Source of the DNA: a virus
Reading direction: 5' to 3' (one strand)
IMG/VR virus record: IMGVR_UViG_3300042558_005069
Coordinates: 32,001 to 96,000 of that record
DNA: 64,000 nucleotides
In this document: positions 1 through 11,500 of the stretch, piece by piece
How positions within the stretch are numbered: position 1 is the stretch's first letter
How the letters are laid out: the number at the start of each line of letters is the position of its first letter
Notes under the pieces: generated by a model
What the model saw: only the letters and a program-made list of their open reading frames with translations
Told to the model about the DNA's origin: nothing
The model's database searches: none
Position numbers and translations under genes: made by a program

Positions 1-196
1 TGACAGAGGCCACAATTCGCTCAGGAGAGCTTTGCTCGATATCAAATTCTATTCCCATTGTCTCCATCATGTCGTCAACTATATCCTCAACGGCTCTTCT
101 TGCATCGGGATTATCATATTCATTGAAAAAGGTAATCGCTTCTGTCATCTTGTCTGACAGTAGTAATCGTAAATCTGCTGATGATGTTTTGTCCAT
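1..196 (-). CDS. hypothetical protein, partial (runs off the window start)
   Basis: Open frame read by hand: MDKTSSADLRLLLSDKMTEAITFF...; TAGGAT -10-like box 7 nt before the ATG at 196 (alternative ATG at 205). Confidence 0.55.
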   Translation of the reverse strand, partial: MDKTSSADLRLLLSDKMTEAITFFNEYDNPDARRAVEDIVDDMMETMGIEFDIEQSSPERIVASV

Positions 197-253
197 GGTT
201 GACATCCTAGTACATCGTGTGTATGATTACTTCCTACGTAAACATTTAAGGAG

Positions 254-763
254 ATGGAAATAATGAACTTAGCACCAATAACATTAATTGGGAACTTGAC
301 TAGTGACCCAGAAATCACATTTACAAGCTCTGGGCAGGCACGTCTGGCTTTCTCGGTAGCAGTAAACCACATCTGGTACGACCAAAATCAGGAAAAGCAA
401 GAGAAGCCTAGCTATTTTAACGTTGTTGCGTGGCGATACCTTGCAGACAACTCTGCTAGAACCTTGGAAAAAGGAATTGGAGTCGTAATTGTCGGCCGTT
501 TGGAACAGCGTTCCTATGACGACAAAGAAGGCAATAAGCGCTCAGTTGTTGAGGTTATCGCAGAAGAAATAGGCATCGCAACAAAATCACTAGAGACCGT
601 TACTCGGCGTACGGCAAAGGCTGGGGAAGGTGGTTCGCCACAAGGTGGTTCACCACGGTCAGCACAGCAGGGATCGGCGCAACGTCGTCAACGTCCAGCG
701 ATGTCCGGGGTTGCTTCTCTCATAAAGACTGAAGAAGAAGTACCGAGCGGTGATCCGTTTTAG
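254..763 (+). CDS. ssb: single-stranded DNA-binding protein, actinobacterial type
   Basis: ITLIGNLTSDPE, VVAWRYLADN, GRLEQRSYDDKEGNKRSVVEV, acidic C-terminal DPF; AGGAGA SD. Confidence 0.95.
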   Translation: MEIMNLAPITLIGNLTSDPEITFTSSGQARLAFSVAVNHIWYDQNQEKQEKPSYFNVVAWRYLADNSARTLEKGIGVVIVGRLEQRSYDDKEGNKRSVVEVIAEEIGIATKSLETVTRRTAKAGEGGSPQGGSPRSAQQGSAQRRQRPAMSGVASLIKTEEEVPSGDPF

Positions 764-785
764 TAATAAATAAAATTTAAATATT

Positions 786-832
786 AAAACGCTCGTCGTC
801 TGTCCGAATCGTCAGATGACGAGCGTTTTTTA
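786..832 (+). terminator. intrinsic terminator after ssb, possibly bidirectional
   Basis: AAAACGCTCGTCGTCTG ... CAGATGACGAGCGTTTT inverted repeat followed by a T-tract. Confidence 0.85.
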
Positions 833-931
833 TTGTGTAAAAATATTTTTGAAAGGTTGTTATTTTAAAATCTGTGTTGGTAATATTCACTTGTACTTAC
901 ACCTTCAATACTAAAATGCTAAGGAGAAAAA

Positions 932-1207
932 ATGACAGAGTACAGTAAACTCAAAGAAAAAGGAATGGGCAGGGGAAGGCCGAAACACACCGCAGAACAA
1001 AAGGCGGCTGCGGAAATAAAAAATCGCGCAAGAACCGAATCTCGCCGTCGTGCCGTTCTGGTGCTAGTGGATAGGCACAGGGAAGAATTTCAAGATATTT
1101 CAGATGTTGAATTCTTGGCTTGCGTTAAAGAAATCGAGGCCGCTATGAACAAAGGGCAGCAAGCGAGCGCTTCGCCAAAAAAGTCCAGCAAGAGTACGCG
1201 CAAATAA
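932..1207 (+). CDS. hypothetical basic protein with an AT-hook-like GRGRPK motif
   Basis: AAGGAG SD; GMGRGRPKH. Confidence 0.65.
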   Translation: MTEYSKLKEKGMGRGRPKHTAEQKAAAEIKNRARTESRRRAVLVLVDRHREEFQDISDVEFLACVKEIEAAMNKGQQASASPKKSSKSTRK

Positions 1208-1223
1208 CTAAAACAATCTAAAT

Positions 1224-1412
1224 CTATTCATTAATTGGCGGGGTCCCTATTTGGGTCTCGCCAATTTTTGCATCTAGTTGCCCTATGAGTTCATTCATGA
1301 CAAGTATTGCATCAAGTTGTTTTTCGAAGTCACGACGTTGCTTTGCATGAATTTTATTAATATCTTCAAGTTGATCTTCCATTGGCTTGCTGTCGTCCAT
1401 TGGCATAGGCAT
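1224..1412 (-). CDS. hypothetical protein
   Basis: Start overlaps the stop of the upstream ORF; part of the minus-strand run. Confidence 0.55.
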   Translation of the reverse strand: MPMPMDDSKPMEDQLEDINKIHAKQRRDFEKQLDAILVMNELIGQLDAKIGETQIGTPPINE

Positions 1413-1603
1413 TATATTTGGTCCCTTTGTTTAATTATTTTTTTACCGTTTTTTTTATGCGTTTTTGACTTTGATCTTCCGTACTCTATTTCTAGCCAAT
1501 CATCGAAATCTTCATATGCTCCAGGGGAGGTTTTAATGTATCGCTCATACTCTGCAAGAAGTTCGATATATTCTTCGTCTGTTTCGTCGAAATAGCTTCC
1601 CAC
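1412..1603 (-). CDS. hypothetical protein
   Basis: Tightly packed in the minus-strand run; GTG start. Confidence 0.6.
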   Translation of the reverse strand: MGSYFDETDEEYIELLAEYERYIKTSPGAYEDFDDWLEIEYGRSKSKTHKKNGKKIIKQRDQI

Positions 1604-1605
1604 TT

Positions 1606-2100
1606 TTATTTCCTCACACTCCTTGAAGCCGACTCTGCAGCTCTTGTATTCTTTATGAATTGAGCTCCGGATCTACTCCCGAGAAGTTTTTTTCTATTTG
1701 TTGCTCGACGCTGAGCAGGAGTAAGGCGGCTCCAGGCTTTTGCTGGTAAATATCTTCTCGTTCCGCCCTTGCGAATAGCTGGCTTCCCGTCGCTTGTCGT
1801 CCATTTTTCTCGAGTCCATTTTTTCAATGATCGTTGAGTTTTCTTAACTCCACCCCTGTACCCGCCACCAGCTTTTCTGTACTCAATCGCTACAAGTTGA
1901 GCTTTTCTGGCTGACCACTGCCCAGGCTTCCCACCTTTAGACCCGGCCATAATGCGCTTCTTGATTCTTTCTCGCACTTCTGGTTTCGTATAAGACATTT
2001 TTGCAGACTTGACAATAAAATCCGGAGCATTATTTATAAAATCCGATGCTGACTGATCTACCCATGCTGGAGCATTCTCTGTCTGTGTTGTTTCACGCAC
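1606..2100 (-). CDS. basic phage protein, DUF5872-like
   Basis: YTKPEVRERIKKRIMAGSKGGKPGQWSARKAQL and SLKKWTREKW motifs; start moved to the GTG at 2100, directly after the upstream stop. Confidence 0.7.
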   Translation of the reverse strand: MRETTQTENAPAWVDQSASDFINNAPDFIVKSAKMSYTKPEVRERIKKRIMAGSKGGKPGQWSARKAQLVAIEYRKAGGGYRGGVKKTQRSLKKWTREKWTTSDGKPAIRKGGTRRYLPAKAWSRLTPAQRRATNRKKLLGSRSGAQFIKNTRAAESASRSVRK

Positions 2101-2101
2101 T

Positions 2102-2350
2102 TTAGTTATCCTTTGATTTTTTTTCAAGTCGCTTAACTTCCGTATCCATAATGCTTCTGATGGATATAGGAAGAGCTTTGTACCAAACGTAATTTCGTTG
2201 TATCCTTTTAATTGACTCAAGCCTGGATTTTCCATTTTTAGGAATATTCATAATTTTTTGCAGAGAGTCCCAAGTCACGTCTCCTGGAATGTCAAGACCC
2301 CGATACTTGATCCAGTCTGAATTTTGTGGATTATTGTCTATGTTTATCAT
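2102..2350 (-). CDS. hypothetical protein
   Basis: Fills the gap in the minus-strand run. Confidence 0.6.
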   Translation of the reverse strand: MINIDNNPQNSDWIKYRGLDIPGDVTWDSLQKIMNIPKNGKSRLESIKRIQRNYVWYKALPISIRSIMDTEVKRLEKKSKDN

Positions 2351-2372
2351 ATAAATCTACAATCAGTTTACT

Positions 2373-2573
2373 CTAGTTTTTTACCGTGTTTTGCCAATCT
2401 GGTTCAATTAAGTCCCAGTTTGAGCGCATCAGTACATCGTCCATATCTACACTAATTTTTTTTCCATTCCCAAAGATTATGTGCCCAAATCTTTTCTTAC
2501 CAAAAACTGTATCGATTGTTTTATCGTAGTAAAGAGTATCTTTTCCTCTTTTGGCCACTAGGAGATTATTCAT
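2373..2573 (-). CDS. hypothetical protein
   Basis: AAGGA SD; directly downstream of the giant ORF. Confidence 0.6.
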   Translation of the reverse strand: MNNLLVAKRGKDTLYYDKTIDTVFGKKRFGHIIFGNGKKISVDMDDVLMRSNWDLIEPDWQNTVKN

Positions 2574-2592
2574 TGTCGTCCTTTATTTGTTT

Positions 2593-5500
2593 TTACTCTA
2601 AAAAATTAGATTCGTCAATGTAGACGACTCCACTATTGTAATCTTGATCACTCAATGATATTTCCTCTTCAAATCTACGAACTGGCACCCCGAGTTTCTC
2701 TTGCATTTCAAGCTGTTGTTCTGCGGAAATCTCATCATCATCGCGCAGTAAGATGTAAGCAATGTCGTCTTTTGTAACCCCGCTTTTACCATTCCCTGGG
2801 TGAACTTGGGCCTCTATGTAGTCAACTGCTGTTTTAATTTCTCCACCAAATATGTCATCATCTAAGTCTATGTACTGATCAGACATTGCCCTCATTCCAA
2901 ATCCTGGAGCATTGAATGATGACGCAGATGCCATTGTCGAAAGTGAGTCAACCTCAGAAACGGTAGATCTAGAATTTACGCTCGGCTTAAGAACTACAAG
3001 GAACTGCCCATACCCTAAGCCTATGTCCTCCATCTCTTCACCTATTCCTCCGTAGGTTGCGAAACCGTATATCGGACGCAGGCGAGGCTCCATCGATGGA
3101 TGATAGCCGAACATCGATACTTCTTGAGCAGCCCTGTAGCCAGGGTCGTATGCACCATTTGATCTTCCTGCTTCAAATTGAGAAAGTATTCTTCGATCGT
3201 CTCCAGTGCCATCAAAAATTTCTTCTAGCGCGTCCATGTCAAGAGCAATGACCACTCTGTCCTCTTTGAATGGACCTCGGCGCATTGTTCCGAATGTTTT
3301 AGGAACAAAATCAGAATCTGTTAGCTGGAAGTAATAATCTGTAAGTCTTCTAGTCTGATTTATCATTTTTTCGATTAGTGACGATACTGTAACTCCCAAT
3401 TCTTTAGCTTCTCTTTCTGCCCATAGCGTGCGCGTTGCAATAGTTGTTGCACGCTGGAGTAGTCCATTGGCAATGATGTCAGCTTCAAATTCGCGCAAGT
3501 CTGAATACTTTCTTTGCAATATTTCAAGCATTTTAATTTTAGATATCAATAACTGGCGCCTGACTTCACCAGTTATATCTGGAGTCCGAACGGAGGCATA
3601 AGGGTGTATTTGATTGTATTTGAAGTAAAATTTAAAATCTTTATTATTCAACAGTTCATCGATTAGTTCACCCATGGATTCGCCTATCTCCGGGTCTATT
3701 GTCTCGTTGAGTAGCCAAGAAAGTGGTCTTCCTTCGTTTTTTGCCACCTCTAAAGAATTTGTTGGTTTTCTGAAATCAGCATCTACTGATTTCTTACCTT
3801 CTTCAAGACCTAATCCAGCAATCACTCTTGCATTTGTATTCTTTATATGACTGTATATTTCACCAGATTTAAATCGGTTACGCCCAGTGTTTTCTCGTTT
3901 CCCACTGCCTGAATACTCATCGCTACCGCTAGATAGTCTTGCTTCTGGAAGGTCGTATGTTCCCCAGTCAACGTCTCCTGATATGAATTTTCTTTCAATT
4001 TCGGCAAACTTGTCTGATAGCGCAGAGGGCCCATTGGGAAGTTCATGTATCTGAGTAACAATTGCTTTTCTTTTTTTGCCGAGGGTTACGATCTCGGACT
4101 CATTTAGGCACCCCATGCCGGTAAATGGGTTGGCTAGAATTTCCTCTATGGGAATATAGGTGAAATATATGTGTGGAACTTCTTCTTCTACTCCGGCCAT
4201 GCGTAAATCTGCAAAATCAAAAGCCGTATTTCGGTTAGTGGACCAAGATGAAATCGGTCTACTTTCAATCGAAGCCTCGAATAAGAGTGGTTCATTAGTT
4301 TCTGGAATTTTCGTTATTCTTCTAGAATCGTAACCGGATTGTTCTACTGTCATAAGTGATCCACGATAAGCCGGGACATGTGTGATGCCTTTTGACTTAT
4401 AGTATTCCTGCGTTGACTGATACATCGATGAAATAAACTCTTGCAATACTTGCGCTTGAGAAGGGGTCAACTCTGGCGCAGAATCATATTTTTGTGATCC
4501 GTTTGAGATGATGTCTTCTTCTGCCAAGGTACGAAGAAATCCAGGCTTACTTAACGATAAAGCAGAAGATTGAAAAAGATCGGCCGTGGTTGCTGAAGGC
4601 TTTACTTGCCATCCTACCGCTTCATCCAGAGAGAACATCCCCCTTGCTACATGCTGTATTGCTAAAGACACTGGGTTTTCGTCATTTGCTGATATTGACC
4701 ATGAACGAATTAGTTCGGAAACAATTTGTTCCTTTAGTATATTTTCAAAATCAGAACTATCTTTTGAAATAATGTCTTGACCGAAGTAGCTCTTTATGAA
4801 AGTTTCTTGGTCAATAAACCCCGACAAATAATACCTATTTTCAGAAAGCGGGAACGGGGTCCCCTTCAACGGCAGTTCCCCATCGACGAATGCTTCCCAG
4901 AATTGATCAGCTTTGATTTTTCCGGTTTTCACGTATTGGTAAAAACCTAAATTTAACGCACTTGTGAAGTTTGTATTGTACATGAGTGAACTAAGCTGCT
5001 CAAAAAACTTAGGAAATTTTTCGTAGTTTTCTACAATCGAATCCATTAACTTAACGTCAACTTCTTCAGGATTGCCAGAAATTGTAGAATAAATTTTTGT
5101 CATTGCTTCCGTTTGAAAGTCAAAATAAAACTTTTTATTTTCCCAGTAGTTTATTGTTTCTAGTTTAGACACAACACTGTAGATCTCTTCGTCTACCCTG
5201 TTTCTGTATTCGTCTTCGCCCATATCTATAATTGGCTGAACAAATATTTCATGCAGCTCTTTTCTTTTTTCTAGGGTCAGATCTGTTACTTCGTCTACTC
5301 TTGTTTTCTCATTAAATATTTGTCCATCGGTGATATTCAACAAGAATTTGCCTGTTCCGCCATCTTCTACGTCAACCAGTATCTCAACTACTCTCTGAAA
5401 AGAGTCACCGTCCGTGATGAAGGGGAGTCTATCAAAATCTCTTGGATCATCAGAAAGAAAGTTTTGAATTACTGGCTTAGCTCTTCCTTTTTCAACAAAA

Positions 5501-8500
5501 GCGTCCACAATTTCACGCAATGAAACGTTCATTTGTCGAGAAATGTTTTTAGCTATAAAAGATTTTGCTCGAGACGCTGGACTAACTGCCATATCCATGT
5601 CTTGTTGTCTTGTAATTTTATGGATGTCGTCTAGCAAGTCTGAGTTTATGTCCCAAGTCGAAGCAGTAACTTGCCCATTATTTGTTTTTTGTGCTTTTAG
5701 CTTAGGAGATGCTCCTGGCTTGAAGAAAATCTGCCCATTATCGTCTTCGACCATGTATTTTGATTTCTTAGCCTCTTCCCCTGAAGAGAAACTGTCGCTT
5801 ATTTTTTCGAGGACTACGACATCTCGATCCATCATTCTTTTGCTGTATGGATTTTTTATTTGTCGTTTTTCAATCCCTGATACCTTGAACTTCCCTGAAA
5901 CAATGCCTTCCACAATCCCGTAATTTCCACCTTCGGCGCTTGGCTTGCCTCTTGCTGACAATCCTTGCTCGTCGAAAAAAATTCCTCTTGTATCATCGGG
6001 GAATTCAAATATAAACTTTTCAGGAATTGAACGAATAGCTGACAATTCATCGTACTCATATTTGATGGCGTCATTTATCCCGGAAGCAACAGCTGCTGCT
6101 CTAAAATTCAGTTCTTCTCCAATATTTACTACTGACCCAACATCGGGAGTCAGTCTTGCCACCCTGTATGTCCTGTGGCCGATAGGAGGGGCAGACTCAA
6201 GACCATTCCTGATTATCTCAGCAGCTCGATAAAGGGCGGCGTCTTCGGGTACATTCTCTAGATTTTCGACCTCACCAGCTAGATGTCGACTAATCTTCCT
6301 ACTTTCAGCAAAGCTACTGCGCCACAAATTGAGAGTATCTCCCAATTCGGTATCACTCGGTACAATGCCAGGATGCCAGTGTGAGCGAATTAAGAAATTG
6401 CTCATCCTGTTTCTGTCGTTCAGCTTGTCAAGGGCATCTGAAGAACTGTCCAACTCTCCGCTTGTCGGCACGTATCTATACTGATTGCCATATCCAGACT
6501 CTTTTCTAAAATGCATATTTGGGAATCTTGCGATCATCACACTCATTGGGAATTCGTCTTTGAACCATGCTTCTGGAATAGAGATGCGTTCCGGGCCAGT
6601 TCCGGCAGATCTAATTTGGCTTCGGGCTGAGTCGGGATCTACAATTTCGTTTATGTTCGACAATATCTCGCCACCAGAAAAAAAAGCAGTTTGACCGGAC
6701 TCGTCAACTGGGGTTGAATAATCGTTTCTAGATGTTGAAAATCTGTCATTATTTGCAATTCTTAGAATTGCGTTTTCGCTCAATAGGTAAAGAAGCGTAT
6801 CTTGCTGTAATCGATCGTCTTCTCCGATTCTGAATATATCTTTTATTTTAGGGTCAGATGTGAAAGCCGTTATACTTTCTAACTTTAATTGCGTGCTTCC
6901 AGAGTGCGGTCTTGAATCAACTCTTAGATCAAAAGCAATGTCGCGCATTTTTAGATCTATATTTTCCTTTGATCCATCTTCCCCACCGGGGAGTATCGGC
7001 GTTACGTATTTTGAGTTACCGGTCGCTTGTACTCCTGCTTCCCCGAGAGCTTCGTTTACAAGTCTTTGTCGCTCTTTCATAGTTTCGGCAAAAGCTGATT
7101 CCCAAACTTGTTGCTGTTCTGGAGTCCACTCATATTGGAGACCTTCAGGTTTTTCAACCTTAGAGTAGTCGGCTACGGCTGGTAGCTCGATTACGCGATA
7201 GGTGCCTGCTGAAAATAAAATTCCATCTTCGGGTGGGGGCGTTAAGTAGCTGTCGACGACATACAGGTTCTCTAGAGACCCGGGATTATCCTCGTTTACT
7301 TTTTTCATCTGACTTACGATTGCATAACTTTTTCCCTGTGCGCTGGGCCTGTACAGATGACCTTGAACAAGGTGATTTAATGAAAAATGGACACTGTGCC
7401 TATTCGTCCTTAGTGGCTCCCCGGTATATGGGTTTATTACGACTTGTTGAGTATCTTGATTTACTACATCGTAATCGCCATTTGGGTAAATTCTTAAATT
7501 TCCATCTTTGTCAATTTGTGGCTTATGAACAGTTTCATGGACCAGGAATAAGTCATCAAATTTTAGTATCCGAGTTTTGGACTCATATTGATCTTTTTCA
7601 GTGGTAACCATGATATCGCCTGCGCGGTAGTTATTTACCCACCATGCATCGTCTCTATCTTCCGGTCTTACTCCTCCAAGGGAATACCTAGGGCTTGAAC
7701 TGAAGAAATTTTCTCTTCTGTCTGTGAATATTTTTTCAGCAACGGCACTCAGTCTTTCAAGTTCTGCTAAGGCATCCCTGTCTCCACGGGCCGCAGCATA
7801 CAGTAAGGCTGATGTTCTTGATTCCCGAGAACGGTCTTCATCTACTTGCGCAACTGTGGCCATAAACCAAAGACGAGCGAATTCTCGCCCCTCCTTTGAC
7901 TTTGGTGAGGTATTGGAAATGACATATGGGTTCACTGGGAGTCGAAGCACACCTGGGGCATCAATTGAATCTCTTGTGAATGCTATTTGTTTTCCATTTA
8001 TGTCGTGAACTGGAACAAGTGTATCTGTCGTTTCGTTTCTGTCAGGCCTTGCGTATATCTTTCCTTTTACTTCTGCCACTGGATCTTTGGATACAGTTCC
8101 TATTCTGTCGATATCGTTTGCCCCAGAGGAGAGCCGCATGCGTTGTTCTCTAAATGAATTGCGTTGTCTAGTTGAAACCCCAGACCTCTTTGAAGGTCTT
8201 CTTAGAACTATCCTATCCCGTGGGCCAAGATAAACCCCACCCACTGTTCTGCCGGTAATTTCATCTATTCTTCTATCCGATCCGCTTGCAAAATTTCTTC
8301 TTTCCGCGCTGCCTTCTTCGTATTCGTCATGGGTTATAAAGCGGTCGGATGTATTTGCAATTCTTGCTCGATGATTGTCCGACAATACTGCCCAACTAAT
8401 AGGGTCGACAATTAAATTCCTCAATTTGTCTTCGTCGTCTGTGACTTTCTCTATGTCATGGGAGTTTGAGTTGAAATGTCCCCTGGCAGTGACCATTAAT

Positions 8501-11500
8501 TCAGTTGCGATTTGTCCGACCTTGAGGTCCTGATGATCATTCGAGCTCGATCCTCCGGTCTCTCCACCATCAAACGAGTTAGTACCGAAAGATAAAAGCA
8601 ACTGTCTCAACTCTTCATCTACATTTTCAGATGACTCGTTATTTTCAAGTATTGTTGCTCCACGTAATACGAGTGGTTTTTCTGGTTCTGGGACAAACCA
8701 TGAATCAATAACGAACAAGTTTTCAAGAGCTCCTGGATTATCCTCTATAACACTTCTTAAAGGAGTTACGATAATATTGGATTTAGATTTTCTTTCCCTG
8801 AATGAATGTCCCCTGGCTAGGTGATTCAACGTAAAGTGAATGGTTTGTCTGTGATGCTTATATACACCACCATCTTCCGTTGGGATATAACCATAGTCTC
8901 CGGCTGGTCTAAGAAGTACGTTTCCAGCTTCATCTTTTACTATGTCGTATGTTGTTTCATGAACGACATAAAGATCATCTATTGAAAGATTTCCTATACC
9001 TTTTTCATCTGCGGTAGCTTGAAAATACTTTATTTGCGCTGGAGAAAGACGTCCTTCTGTTTGTATTCTTCTTTGTTCTTCTATTAGAAGCTCGCCCTTT
9101 TTCGCAAGATCTTCAAACTCCAACATCGAATCTGCGTCTCCACGCATTCCAGCATAAAGTAAAGCGTCTACATATGTTGATGCTTGGTCCCCGGAACTTT
9201 CGTAACGAGCAGCTCTTGCCGCTATCCAACGGATGGCCGTGTCGCGCCCCTCTGCCGAAGTTGGCGAAAGGCCACTTATGACGTACGGGTTTAATGGAAT
9301 AATCTTTATTTCTTTATCAGTAATTTGGCTCTTTATTTTTTCAGGAATATGACCAAAATAAATTTTATCGTTCCCTATGGCGTGAACTTCTCCACGCATG
9401 CGGACATCTTTACCATTTCTGTCCTGATAAACATTAGACAATAACGTTTTTTGAGTCTGTTTATTAAAAGCTCCAGCTGGGTATACTTGAGCTGGGCCTC
9501 CTGAAGAAAATCTTAAATCTTCGTTTTTGAGTATCTCTCTTCTGTTTGGTCCAAGCATCTCCATTGCAAGAGAGGAAGCTGGCCCGGATCGATCACGACC
9601 CTTTGGATTATTAACAAGCCTAAGTTTTGAAGAGGAGCTTTGATTTGTATTCTGTGGAATCCGACGTTGACGTTCAGCACCAGATGACAAACGCATATCT
9701 ATGACTTTTCTAATTTGACTTCTAGCTACGTCGATGCGGTCTCTGGCTGCGCTTCTTAAATTTGTACCAATAGAAGTTCTTTTGATTAACCTATCTCTCT
9801 CTTCTATTTCTTTCCACGGCGTCTCTCCGTCCCGCAATCCAAGAAATGCACGAGCATCATCTCGTAGTTTTTTTGTAATCCATCTTTCTTGAGCGGTTGG
9901 GTCTGGATGGAGAACCGCTACTGCTCCTTCTGCCAATGCCTCTATCAGGTTTGTGTTCCCGTAACTGTGCGCCGTGCTTGCAAAAGGAAGATTTAACCAT
10001 TGCTCGTCAAATCCTGCTCCGTTCGGGTCTTTGGCTAGCGTGCTCTTTTGAATACTCTGTTGATCTATTAATGGTTCGAAACTATAATATTCTTCCGCGA
10101 CACGTAGACCTCGGTAGCGTGCCGCTCTTCCCTCAGCGGTGCCGTAGTCTCGAATGTACTGACGACCCGTCGCTTTTAGGTCTCTGTAAGGAAGTGCGGC
10201 TGGGTTAGTAGCAAAAACCCCTCCCAGCTCAGCCTCAATCATTGCCCGCATATGTATGTAATGAACGAGTTCGTGTTTAAAAACAGCAGATATAGATCGA
10301 TCCATCACTGTTGTGCTGCCAATACTGAATTCCGAGGTAAGATCTATTTCTCCCTGAGATGTTCTTCCGGTTTCAATTGCTTCCCACGCAGCAACAATGT
10401 TCAGAGTTGGGACAAGTTGATCCAGCCAGGCTGCAGAAAGCGAATCATCTGTCTGAATGTTTTTTACTATAGGGGGAGACCCGAATGTCTCCATTAGCCA
10501 TTTAAGCTCAGGACTCGCATCGAGTGAAGCTTCAACAGCTTTTCTCAAAAGATTTACATTTTGCGGAGAAAAATCAATTTCTGTCTTGCGCGATTTTAGC
10601 AATTCAATTATTAGTTTTCTCATTAATGTTCGTATTTCTTCTGGTGAAGCCCAATTGCTCGGAGGAATTGGAAACAAATCAAAAATAATTTCCATGTATT
10701 CATCTTCACTAGAAGGCACCATTAAGTTTGCAATCTGACTTGATGATAGCCCCTGCAAGAAACCAGGAGTTGATATTCTTAGTTCAACACCCATCTCCGT
10801 TATCTGCCCATATCTATAATCCATAGATTGATGCCTCTTGAGCTGCTCTAACTCATCGCGACGCAGTGGCTTAAGGAGAGGATCAATCTTTATTATTGGC
10901 CTGTCTCTATCTGGTTTTGCAGGAGGTATTCCGACATCCAGTATTGGTCGGTCATCGTCCCCCGAGGAAAACCTTGCAGTTTCACTTTCAAAATTTATAA
11001 ATCTTCTCTTAGCTGCGTCAAATTCTTCACGTGCAGTTTGAAAATTCTTTGTTCTCTCGTCTAGGAAATCTTCTCTTTGGGCCCTGTCTAGAATTCTGTT
11101 ATCCCAACCGCGACTTTCTGCCTGATTAATCATCGCGTGCATGACCATTCCGGCAGCAGTTGCATCCTGTTCCGCTGAATGATGCCTATCGAGGCGCACT
11201 TCAAGATATTCGGCTAGAGCGCTTAGTGTAGTAGATGCGACTCTTGTGTCTCCGCGGATGACTGATGGACCATCTTTGTTTTCTTCAGAATATTTTGGAA
11301 GAACCATTTGAGCCATATCAAGAGAATCAATGTATCCAGATGGACGCCACATAATCCCGGCCTCCGCGAGAGCATCCTCAAGGACGTTTTTGTCAAATAT
11401 TGCGTTTTGTACGCCCATTATTGCGCCCGGGCCAGCGAACTCAGCGACCATGCGATGAGCGTCCTGAATACTCATCTGCTGTGCAAGCCACTCATCGGTA

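Noticed and set aside
7525-7540. HETVH in unknown domain B' as a further HExxH metalloprotease
   Set aside because: The paralogous cassette has HETTY at the same position and the motif follows a beta-strand-like stretch, so the match looks coincidental
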